DNA of 64,000 nucleotides, taken from Squalus acanthias. Lineage: Eukaryota. The stretch lies in contig CM059431.1 of the NCBI GenBank assembly GCA_030390025.1, forward strand, positions 113,956,001-114,020,000, given 5' to 3'. A model generated the notes under the pieces. It was not told where the DNA came from. It did not search any database and saw only the letters and a program-made list of their open reading frames with translations. This document shows positions 50,716-61,609 of this stretch, piece by piece. The translations under genes were made by a program, and so were the position numbers. The number at the start of each line of letters is the position of its first letter. The stretch's first letter is position 1.

Positions 50716-53700
50716 TTTTGCATTGTCATTGATTCAACAAAGCCGCTTCGGAATCTTGATCGTCAGCAAATAAAAGCTGTAAAAATGTACTGTGGAGATG
50801 GCTAGTAAGTGGGATCATAGACTTGGACTGATTCAGAGTGGTTATTACTTTTACAAGGGAATAATCTGTGCCATTTTTTATCTGTGATATCCACGTGGCA
50901 ATGGCACCTTAGAATTAAGAATTATTCATTCAACAGTTAAACATTTGCATCATGCTTTTTTACCGCTATCAACAATTTGCAAATGCACCACATTTAGAAT
51001 CATAGCAGAAAGTCGAGTTATTTTATAAAGGAATCGTGCTGTGTTCATTGCTGAGAGTAACAGCAGAAAATTTTAATCTGAGTACCCACCAGCAAATCCT
51101 CGAAAAAGAAGTTACTCAATGAATTTACAGCGAATTTAAAACGAATTTTGTTTGTGCATTTCAATTTATGTTCACTTGCAGGGAATAGCCAATGATGGTC
51201 ATAATGGAGACAACTGTGTTTTAAAATCCTTATATTTTGTGCGTGTGCCACGCATTATATTTTCTTTTCTCTCTAAATGATTTCCATTTGTTTTGGAAAC
51301 TTCCTATATGGGAGGGGGAGTAACCATTTCATGTGTGCAGTTTCCGTGTTTTTTTTTAATCTTTGGCGTCAAAACAAGTCGAGAAGAAAAGTCATAGAGG
51401 AAGGGAATTAAATAAATCGGTTGTTAAATGCAATTAAAGAATAAATGTAAATTAAATAAAGTTCAAAGTGTTTAAAAGCCTACTGGGACATTTTTTCTTA
51501 TCAAAGCAGATTTTTTTTTCAAAGAGGGTTTTGCACCGTGCCACACAACAAAGCTGTCGTGACAACAATTACCAAAGTTTTAATTAGCTTCTTGTCATCG
51601 TTCGCTTTATTAATTTGTTGAATCTCTCAACATGAATTATTTACAAAGCATTCGTAATTACATTTGTGAGAATCCTCTTAGATCTGACATTACAATGCAA
51701 AAGGCAATAATTACGATAAGCGAGCACACTCGTGTTGGAGAGATGTGTTGCTGCCTCAGAATTATTGTGGTTGCTCTTGCGCTGTGCATTATAAAAAATG
51801 AATTTATTGACTTAGATTAGTTAATAGTGGCGAGATCTCACTTGTGTGGTATACTTTCATATTTTGCAGTAATACAACATTTAAAAAGTCGTATCTTGCA
51901 TAATGAAAAATATTCTTTGCAAGCTAAAGTGTTTTATTTTTGTTTAAATGACTACGTTATTCAGTCTTTTTTTATAACCCCAAGAAAATAAACAGACCTG
52001 CTGTGTGCGAAGAAGTCTCTTCAAAACTGATTTAGTGTATCACAAAAGTGTTGTGCTGCAGAATAATCCGAGTCATCTATTTCGAATTCAAGAGATAATC
52101 GCATTAAAAGTAATTTTAATAGCAGACTAAACGTGCACGTGACCATATCAGAGGCCGAACTGAAATCAAGAGAATTGTTTTAACAGTAATTTAGAATATG
52201 ATTTCTTCAGGCAAACCCCAAGGTTTCTGGAATAAGCCTGGGTTTTTTGCAGTACTGGCGCGTTCATCTTGTTGAACCAGCAGAGAAATTAGCCAAGGTA
52301 TCAGACAAGAAGAAAAATCAATAGGATCATGGCAGTCAGTGTCTATTATTCATTTATGATGGTTTAATATAAGTTGAAACCAATTGCCGAACAAGTGTTA
52401 CATGCGAATTCCACAATTCTCACGTTATTCCTGGTGGATCGTGACCTGTTGTTTTCTGAAATTTGCTGCATTTTAAAGATAATATAAAACAGTTTGAGCT
52501 AAATACATATAACTGCACATTTCCTGTAGCCCAAATAAAAGTGGGATATAAATATCAATATATTCTTGGAAACCAAAGTTCAGCTTTACACAATGTTGTC
52601 CCCTCGTAGATTTTATTTAAAGTTAGCATATTAGTCGAAATGCAATTAATATTTTATGGGTTAATTTTCATTAAAACGCAATCGGACCGATTTTATTCTT
52701 CAATTGCTTTATGCTTTAAATGTATTCTGTCTGGGTTTTTTTGATTGCTATTATATTGGGCAAAAGCATTATATATCATTAACTGTGTATCTTTTGTCCT
52801 TTTTTGGATTGTCTCTATGTTTATTTCAACAAACATTTTCTGTATGCAATTGAGAAATCTTACCTGTGTCACAGCTTGGGGTTTTAAAGGCATGCAATCC
52901 CTTTAACTGTGTAAATGTACAACAATAATTTGCTTATTTGAGTCATCTCATTTATTCATTAATAATGATTGCAGCATTGTTGTGCTGACGGAACTGGACA
53001 ACATATACAGTTCGGGTACTTCATATCCAACATTTGCGTTTGTTCTAACCAATCCCGGCAAGGTCAGCGGGATGAAGCGAGACATCCACACACTCCTATT
53101 CGTTTTAACAGTGTATTCACAAAGGTGCTGACTTTTATTTTCGTGTATTCGACACTTCCATTTTAAGAAGCGGCGAAAAATTAACAGGGAGTCCAAAAGT
53201 TAGCCCGAAACGTTGCCGGTTTCAGCTGAGACGCAGGCTGGAAAGTGTTCTACTAGTGCAGTAGGTGGCATCACAAACGTGCTTCATGATGCCCCTACAA
53301 ACTACAAACATGACAACAGGGAATGAATAACACCGTGGTGTAAAGTAATGCGAACTCGGGAAAACCAACATTTATCTTGAATAGCAGTTCTGCTGATATA
53401 TGCAAAAACTCAATTGTCCCAATTTCGAGACATTTAAAAAAAATGTAAACATTCAGGAAACCATCTTTTGCATGTTTTAGTTCTTAAAATTATTGGTTCC
53501 TTTCACGGCTCAGAAATCCACGAAGAGTTTAAACTGCTCCAATTCTCCATTGACTGTATGTATGCTCTCATTTTCTGTTTTAATGTGTAATCACCATGAA
53601 TATAAAACTTAGCAACTGTCTTCATATTACGCCGATGTTTTAAGCCGATGTCTCCAACCTTTTAGGGCTTTTCAGTTATCCACTTAAATTTCAGTTTTAC

Positions 53701-53739
53701 CAAAAATAAGCAAAGAAATGTTACACCTTTAAACAGACA

Positions 53740-55373
53740 GTTCTTTCCCTTGGTTTTTTTTGTTCTTTATTAGTAAATGTGCTAAGACACATCTCCCTGT
53801 TGTATTTGGCTTACAGAAATAATTTAAATAAATAAGTAAATAAATTTAAAAAAAAACACAATCAGGAGAAAGCTTGGCAAATATACATTGGACAGGGATT
53901 GACTTAAAGTGAGACTTTTCTTTTACGTATGATGCACACGTGGCTGCAGTTTGTAAACATACATGTGCGCAAATTAAAAAGTTATTTACAATAAACACCT
54001 ATGTACAGTTATAAACAGGGTCAGAATGTTGTGTCTAGTGAAAACAGGCAGTTAACAGTGAAATCACACCATCCACAAGGTCTATCAAGCTACTCTATAG
54101 TGCTCATTTCAGTTCCAATGCATAGAATGTTTGCGCTGCAAACAATAATATAACATTTTTTTTTGTATCGAATCCATAGGCGCCAAATTCGGTATCCATC
54201 CTCAGCCCATGCAGTTATTTTGCTTCTGCGCACGGATTTTAGATGCCCATAAAGGAGATATTCCTACCCAAAACAGAATCAATAATTTAGTGTGAATATT
54301 TTATGCGCAAACTTTTGGTAGTCCTATATCAAGCTCTGATGCGAGCATCACTTGGAATTTTGATCGTAAACCATAATACACTAACATGTTTTCCAACCAG
54401 TACAATATACTAAATTCTGCAACATACTTTAGTGCAATTACCAAAACGGAGTGCTGACAGCTAACGCCCGTTACATTTAACAAAAAAAAGGTGATCTGAT
54501 CAGCATGCAGACCTTTGGAAACGATTATCACTGTAAAATGTCAATTGTGTGATTTTTTTGTATAATTTTTCATTTTTTTAAGAATCCAAAATAATTAATA
54601 ATGACGCTATATCTTGATCTGCATAAATACTGTCTCAAACAGCAAATCAAGCCAGAATATCCACTAGCACGCGTGTGCTGTTGTTCTCCCAGACAAATTG
54701 AAGGAATGTAGTTACTTGGGGAAACTATATTAGCACAGTACCCTTACCTAACACCCGAATGAAATGAGTACACAATCGTGTCGCTGCAATTGTCAGATCT
54801 GCCTGAGCTTTTTTGTAACTGACTCAATTACCTTCTGAAAGTCAGAAAGAAAATAGCAAAACACAACAGACTCGCTGGGCTGGTGAATAACAAAACGTGT
54901 CGAGGTAATGGTTTTAAGAACGGATAAAAGAAAACGGATTACAGCATCAACAAAATACTGGATAGACGGAGTGAAATAAATACTAGAGTGACTGAACATC
55001 AATCAACTTTCCTTCCGATGTTGTTTTCTTAACAAGATAGTAGCCACACTGGCTCGTTTGCAGTTTTAACTAGCAACTTCGGTCCAGAAACTGGGCGATC
55101 TGAATTACCTGTGATTTGCATACTTCACCAATAACGTGAAAAATAACACAAACACCACGATGCCTCAGAAAGCGATGGTTTCGCATTACCATCAAATAAC
55201 ACGTTCCTGCCTTTGCAAACCTCCGCTTACTCCACTACACAGTGCAAAGTGCTGGAACCGAGTCTGGAGTCAAATGAGGATGAACTGTTCTTGGTCCACC
55301 CCGCCCCGCAAAGAAATTGTCTGTTGCTAAGTCCGCCAGCAAAACAAAAAGGGAATCCCGTTATCTCTTCCAG
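53740..55373 (-). other. POU4F1: Probable POU4F1 3' UTR with poly(A) signal AATAAA at 53771-53766
   Basis: AT-rich sequence after the stop codon. On the minus strand it has AATAAA, an ATTTA/TTATTTATT cluster at about 53817-53850, and TGTACATA and TGTAAATA motifs at 54007-54000 and 53990-53983. The true 3' end is not proven. Confidence 0.55.
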
Positions 55374-56372
55374 CTAGTGATTGGCGGAAAATTTCATTCG
55401 TTTCTGCTTCTGTCTTTGATTGCAAAACCAAACCCGCACAACGTTCTTTTTGAGGTCCAGTTTCTCCGCGATCGCCGCGATCTTCTCCGAGGACGGCCGG
55501 GGCTGCACGGCGAAGTAAGCCTCCAGCGACCGCTTCTCGGGGGCGGCGATCGAGGTCCGTTTGCGCTTCTTCTCGCCGCCGTTGAAAATGTCAGGCTTGT
55601 TCATCTTCTCCCGGTGCGCCCCCTCCGCCTCCTCCAGCCAGGCTTGCAGGATGGGCTTGAGGGCGATCATGTTGTTGTGGGACAAAGTCAGCGACTCGAA
55701 CCTGCAGATGGTGCTCTGGCTGAGCGAGCCCACCCCGGGGATCTTCAGGTTGGCCAGCGCCGAGCCCACGTCGGCCTGGGTCACGCCCAGCTTGATGCGC
55801 CGCTGCTTGAAGCGCTCGGCGAAGGCCTCCAGCTCCCGCGGATCGGCGTCCACGTCGCTCAGGGAAGGGATGCCCGAGGCGGCGGCGTGTCCGACCAGGC
55901 CGTGCGGGTGAGGGGTCAGGCTGAGGGCGGCCTGGTGGTGGTGCTGGTGGTGGTGGTGGTGCTGGTGGTGGCCCAGGTGGCTCAGGCTGTGCAGGTGCCC
56001 GGCGTGGGGGTGCGACGCCGTCGAGACCACCCCGCCGCCCCCGCCGCCGTCGCCTCCTCCTCCTCCGGCCATGGCCCCGGCCAGGCTCAGCGAGGACGAG
56101 CTGAGGTGGTCGATGAGCTCCCCCGGGTCCAGAGCCTGGTGAGGCTGGTGGTGGTGGTGATGGTGGTGGTGGTGAGAGGACAGGGCGGACGGGTGCGGCA
56201 GGGGCACGGTCGAGGTAGAAGTGCAGGGCACGCTGTTCATGGTGTGGTAAGTGGCATCCGGCTTGAACGGGTGGCTCTTGCCCTGGGTCACTGCGATATC
56301 CACGGCTGCCAGAGCCTCGGCGCGGGCCAGCAAAGTTTCATCTAAGCTGGCGAATATATTGCTCTGCAATTG
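55374..56372 (-). CDS. POU4F1: POU4F1 coding exon 2: POU-IV box, His/Gly tracts, POU-specific domain and POU homeodomain
   Basis: Acceptor is tctgtgtttctgacag|CAA. Motifs: FASLDETLLARAEALAAVDI (POU-IV box), DPRELEAFAERFKQRRIKLGVTQADVG...ICRFESLTLSHNNM (POU-S), KKRKRTSIAAPEKRSLEAYF...VRVWFCNQRQKQKRMKFSA (homeodomain). QGKSHPFKPDATYHTMNSVPCTSTSTVPL and the MKFSA end favour paralog POU4F1 over POU4F2/POU4F3. Confidence 0.95.
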   Translation of the reverse strand, partial: QLQSNIFASLDETLLARAEALAAVDIAVTQGKSHPFKPDATYHTMNSVPCTSTSTVPLPHPSALSSHHHHHHHHHQPHQALDPGELIDHLSSSSLSLAGAMAGGGGGDGGGGGGVVSTASHPHAGHLHSLSHLGHHQHHHHHQHHHQAALSLTPHPHGLVGHAAASGIPSLSDVDADPRELEAFAERFKQRRIKLGVTQADVGSALANLKIPGVGSLSQSTICRFESLTLSHNNMIALKPILQAWLEEAEGAHREKMNKPDIFNGGEKKRKRTSIAAPEKRSLEAYFAVQPRPSSEKIAAIAEKLDLKKNVVRVWFCNQRQKQKRMKFSANH

Positions 56373-56664
56373 CTGTCAGAAACACAGAGAGAGAGAGAAG
56401 AGAACATGATCAACAAGCTAATTCTCAATAGGGAATACAGACACATAACACAAAAAAAAGCAATTTAAACCTTCAAAATGAATACAGAAAGTTACAATCT
56501 TGCAAGGCATAGAAGTTGCAAATTTTGCAAGGCATAGAGATGGTGGCTTACATGAGCAGGGAAAAAAAACATTTAAGCAGCATTTGTCAAACGATGCCTT
56601 GCAGCGCTTCTTATTCCACATGCACAACAGATACAGAGAGAGAGAGAGGGCGATAGCTACATAC
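56373..56664 (-). other. POU4F1: POU4F1 intron (292 nt, GT-AG, phase 0)
   Basis: GTATGT donor, a (CT)n polypyrimidine tract and a CAG acceptor. Splicing joins ...PAPP|QLQSNIF... in frame at the known POU4 intron position. Confidence 0.9.
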
Positions 56665-56787
56665 CGGCGGCGCTGGTAGACAGGCTCTCCTTATTGCTTC
56701 CGAGCTGGAGTGCAGAGAAGTGTACTTGTGTTCAGGTAGGGTATGATGCATGCCGAAGGCTGGCTGCTTGCTGTTCATGGACATCAT
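56665..56787 (-). CDS. POU4F1: POU4F1 (Brn3a) coding exon 1, 41 codons (MMSMNSKQPAFGMHHTLPEHKYTSLHSSSEAIRRACLPAPP)
   Basis: The translation matches the POU-IV N-terminus (MMSMNSKQP...HSSSEAIRRACLP). The ATG is at 56787 and the exon ends at a phase-0 donor CCG|GTATGT (intron starts 56664). Confidence 0.95.
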
Positions 56788-56999
56788 TTTGAGCACTGTA
56801 CATAGGGATGCTAGAGAGAGAGAGTGAAATGAGGCTGGAACAGTATTTAAAAGAAAGTTTTAAAAAAAAGTTGTGAGTATATATTTATATATGCATTTAT
56901 GATTTGTTTTATATATATATATATGTGAAGCCGGGGTGCCCTGCACACTCTGGCTGTGTGCGTGTCCCTCTCACTCAGTGCTGTCTCCCCTCTTGCTGC

Positions 57000-57330
57000 T
57001 GGGGCCAGACAGATGAGGCGCTTACACCTGCTGCCCAGTCTCCTCCCATCCCAGCCCCGCCGCGCTCGCGCGAGATTTGCCGGCCTCCCGCGCCGACTCT
57101 CTCCTCTCCCCCGCTCCACCAATCAGATCCAAGCCCAGCCCAGGCGCGGCGCGTGAGAACCGGATGTCAGTAGACAACAGCGAGAGCGCGCGAGGGAGCG
57201 GCCGGCGCACCTGCTGCTGGCTCTCAGCACCCCCCACCCACCAATCAATGGGCCGGGGGCGCGCACGCGTAGCTCGCGCTCCTTCTCAGCACCCCGCCCC
57301 CTCTCTCCCGGCTCCCTGTGATTGACATCT
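57000..57330 (-). promoter_or_regulatory. CpG-rich proximal promoter of POU4F1
   Basis: High CpG/GC content about 200-550 bp upstream of the ATG. It has two CCAAT boxes (57119, 57241), a GC box CCCCGCCCC (57292-57300), two identical CACCTGCTGC E-box words (57025, 57208) and a palindrome CTCGCGCGAG (about 57064). Confidence 0.75.
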
Positions 57331-57472
57331 CTCTCTCTCTCCTCCCCAGAAAATAAACCCAATGACAGAGGAAACTACAGCTCCCACAATACAACTTCCC
57401 TCGACAACACTGCGAAAAGCAAAATACTGTGGAGGCATTCCTAGAAGTGGCAGTGAATTCAACACTTCATAC

Positions 57473-57602
57473 AAAAGCAAAATACTGCGGATCTCAGTGA
57501 ATTAAACACTGGCTAAGGGTCATCCACCTGAAACGTGAACTCTTGTTTCTCTCTCCACAGATGCTGCCTGACCTGCTCAGTGCTTCCAGCATTTTCTGTT
57601 GT
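57473..57602 (+). repeat. Penelope-like terminal repeat remnant next to the POU4F1 promoter
   Basis: AAGGGTCATCCACCTGAAACGTGAACTC...CTCTCCACAGATGCTGCCTGACCTGCT...CCAGCATTTTCTGTT. Confidence 0.6.
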
Positions 57603-57782
57603 TACAACTATCCTCTAGTTCAATTGTAAACGCCTGTAAATAACGCCCCACATCATTCCAATCGCACAAAGCAATTGCAAACATTGCAAAGAGTGGTAGA
57701 TACCAGTTACGCTTTGGGTGGTAATTTAAGTTTCTGGACCGCGTTAAGTTCCCCTACAACTTGTATTGTGCCTTGTACAGAT

Positions 57783-58100
57783 ACAACAACAACAACGTGT
57801 ATTTATAGAGCGCCTTTAAGGTAGTAAAACATCCCAAGGCGCTGCCCAGGAGTATTATAAGACAAAAAAATGACATGAGCCACATAAGGAGAAATTAGGG
57901 CAGGTGACCAAAAGCTTGATCAAAGAGGTAGGTTTTAAGGAGCGTTTTAAAGGAGGAAAGACAGGTAGCGAGGGGCGGAGGTTTAGGCAGGGAATTCCAG
58001 AGCTTAGGGCCGAGGCAACAGTAGACACGACCACCAATGGTTGAGCGATTATAATCAGGATGCTCAAGAGGGCAGAATTAGAGAAGCGCAGATATCTTGG
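57783..58100 (-). mobile_element. L2-type LINE 3' fragment about 1 kb upstream of the POU4F1 start codon
   Basis: Reverse-complement match to 1-208 with a (CAA)n tail at 57783-57796. Confidence 0.75.
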
Positions 58101-61100
58101 GGGCGGGGCGGGGGGGGGGGTGCTGAAGGAGATGCATTGGAAAAGTTGACTGAAGGTTGTATTCCCCCGATACGGCTAAATATTATTCAGCTGCGCGTCA
58201 TAGATGCCCAGAAGTTTGTGTGCATATTTGAAGCGTTTCGAAATGATATCTAGACTCGTGCTCAAATTAGAGCAACAAGTGTTAACACATTATATTGCCT
58301 ATTGGCCTGTTGTCTCTGCCTCAAACGGAAGCAAAGGGACGGCGCCTTTAGAAAGGGAATCGAGCAGACACCGAACTCTGCTCCAGCTTTCTGTCTTCTG
58401 GGTTTGAAACATGTCGATGGACCATTCATCAAACATTGCCTGGGAGAGGGACAGCCCGTGTGCGCACGCGCACCTTATCGAAGTGTAGAGGAGCTATCCC
58501 TATTGCAATACCTAACCAGTTTAAAGATACGAATGGCACGAATCTGTCGAGTTGATTATATAGAATGGATTAGATGTGTTATTAAAGTTTTTCTTGGCGT
58601 GGCAGCGTCACAGAGCGTTTACCTCAGTGAACCCCCTGTGGTAGCAGTGATCCTGCGCTGTGTTAGCATTTAGGTTCCAACTCGCGAGAACGTTATTCCA
58701 GCAATAAAATAATCCTGTATTTTACATGGAAAGGTATCTATGCAGAATCTCGATTTGAACAAAAACAACGAATACGCGCAACGTTCATATAGTGAATAAA
58801 AGTCTGTGCAAACTTACCTGAATAGATTAATAATGGATTTGTTACTTGAAAGCGTTCTATTTAATAATCTATGATGTGTATTAGTTATCACTTTCAATAA
58901 ACAAAATAATTACCAGAAAGGCTGTATTTTATATTGTCGTTACTATTATTCTGTAATGGCGAATAAACACAAAAATTGCAATTATAACTTTTTTTCTAAT
59001 ACTGTAGAAATCTAAACTTTTAAACGTTCCATTAAAAAAAAGTCAAGAGAAAGTTTCTAGAAGTAGTTATTTTGCATATTTGTATGCCAATGTGCCGTTC
59101 CACAATAGCAACCTGGTTGCATTTAATATATGCTCACAATAATTATAACAGTATAATATGATTCCACAGAATGACTTCCAACGATACACGCGGACTAAAT
59201 CATTTATGACAAAGATTTTATTCACCCTCTTTGTAGATCACAACGTGGTGACTTTTCACAAAACAATTTCCGGTTACATTTAACAGTCTAATATGTTACT
59301 TTCATACTTACACCACACCAGTATATATTCCAGCATTTTTTTCCAATAATGTTTGGCATTACAGGTTTGATTGACCCTCCACAGGGATTGAATGTGATAA
59401 AATGGGATCCTATCGTGGTTTGGGAACATCAAGCTCTAGTCCAATCTAAACACTGAGTGTGTTTGCATTTTATAGCGCAACATCAAAAGCGTTTAAAACA
59501 CGAAAACAAGGGTTAATAGTATTAATCTGTTAATAAGTTATTACAGCGCACTATTTTGAAGGGTATGCGATTGTAACATGGTTTCTTTCAGTTCGAATAT
59601 GTCCACAGTAATAGATGCAATTCATAATAACCAATCCAATCAGCTTGTACTGCAGTGAGCAGTAATGCACACGTTCTTTTACAATTAATATATAATACAA
59701 TCAAAAAGTTTTATTGTTCAATGTTAAAGTCAAACCACAAGTAAAAACACCGGTCTGGTTATCTCATTGGTTGTGAGCCAGACAGCACCACTGGCCGGTA
59801 TATTAGTAGTAAAATTAATTAAGCATTACTAACGGTGTCAAGTTTCTGAGAGGTCGCCATTTATCATTGCGGTTTGGCATTTCTGACACAAAAAGAATTT
59901 CTATCTGATGTAATTAAAAGCGATTCAGATGCCAGCGTCTGTGTTGTAGACTTTTATCGTAAGGCTTTGCAAGGCATCAAGATCCGTTTGCTGCGAATTG
60001 TTGCTGAACTATTAAACTGCCCAAGTACTTGACATAAATCCTGACAGATGAGATGGGGTTCGAACTTGTTTGGCTTCCAAGTTATTGCATATGTGACAAA
60101 CACGTTTTCTTAAACACTCTACTACAACAATAGGATACTAGCTTAGTTCCCATCGCTAATTACTTACCCATTATAGAGATACAACTGGCGAGTCTATTGA
60201 ACGTTTTGTCCCACCCATTTCAGGCCTCACACTCCTTGTGTTATAACTGAAATGCAAAATATGCATCAGCTTGGCTCAAATTTCATAGACTAGCAACAAA
60301 TCGCATCAGAACACACGACCAACAAGTAGCAAGCAGAAGGAAAACCTCCAATCATGAAATTCCAAAAGCAAAATTAGGGAATTAGCAACAGCTGCCAATA
60401 AAAAAACTGACTCCAAATTGCTCAAAATAATTTTGGAAAATCATGTCATTCTCCATTTTGTGTTCTCTATTAAGCAGAGGACATAGGGGGTTCTCTTTTT
60501 CTCTCACTGGTTTTCGCCACTCCCAGGAGATTGTGTGGGAGGGGGCGGAAGGTTGTCCTGATCTGCACAAGTTCACCATGACAGTATGAGACAGACTTCG
60601 TGGATCAGTGGATCTTTTCTCGTCCGATGTATTCATATATTTCTATACTACTGGAAATAAAGTTTATAAAATAGACATATATGAAATCCACAAGTAAATT
60701 ATTAAACCTATCTAACAATAGCACTTCGGCATTTAAAATGCCCACAAAAAAAGTTTTCCATCAGAGGCCTGGCCCTAAGTTAAAAGTCTGCGCATTGAGT
60801 TCCTGCAGGTTTCCACACTAAACAGCATTGCAGCCTATAGCTTGGCGTATGCAACTGTGTCAAAAACGTATAGGTTTCTTTGGAGTGGACAGCAAGATTG
60901 ACCATCCATGGAGAGTGGATGTTTACCTGATGTTGGTAAACCATGCCTCCTTCAATGTTAAATTACTGAGAACTAAAATTCCCAAGGAAACGATTTTATG
61001 GAGTAACCAAAGTTTAACAACAGAGCAATGTAAAGCATGGACTCCAGATTATTCAGAACGTGTATATTATACACTAGTTAATGTCCCGTCAACAATTACA

Positions 61101-61526
61101 GTAATATGGATATAACTGAGCAGAAAACTGGCAAATGGGGACAGATTTTGGGCATGCCTTTGTATTTATCAATAGATTTGAGATGAATTCAACATCTACA
61201 TGTGAACAATGGTTCTGAATTTAAACTTTAACAACACCTGGAAGCATTACCATTATTCAAGTTTGATGGGGGTGGGGGGTTCTGAATTAAAGTGCTGAAT
61301 TTAAAAATATTTCATCAAGTGATTTTGTTTAAATACATTAAGTACTGTTGGGGAGATATTTGGTAAAGAAGGAAAGAGGCAAATTAGAAAATATTGACCT
61401 GAAGTTTTATATATTTCTTGGCCTTCACTATAAACAGCCACACCTTAAACTTTAAACAGTAGAGGTAAATGATGCTCCCTATATTACTGGCAGAGATTGC
61501 TTTATTGACTTTTAAAATCAGATTTT

Positions 61527-61609
61527 GTCTGGTAACGCTCCTGTGAAGTGCCTTGGGACGTTATACTGCGTTAAAGGCGCTGTATAAATGCAAGTTGTTG
61601 TTGTTGTTG
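61527..61609 (+). mobile_element. Short L2-type 3' tail
   Basis: GCTCCTGTGAAGTGCCTTGGGACG...AAAGGCGCTGTATAAATGCAAG(TTG)n, matching positions 140-208. Confidence 0.7.

Noticed and set aside
54591-54599. Exact Brn3 consensus ATAATTAAT in the 3' UTR
   Set aside because: A single AT-only 9-mer in very AT-rich sequence is expected by chance.
55317-56345. 342-aa ORF antisense to POU4F1 exon 2
   Set aside because: It mirrors the GC-rich codon usage of the real exon (poly-Val opposite poly-His), has a TTG start and shows no domain. This is a typical antisense shadow ORF.
56611-56796. ORF-track start (GTG at 56796) and tail VCSYRPLSLSVSVVHVE
   Set aside because: The real start is the ATG at 56787, and the tail is read-through into the intron past the GTATGT donor.
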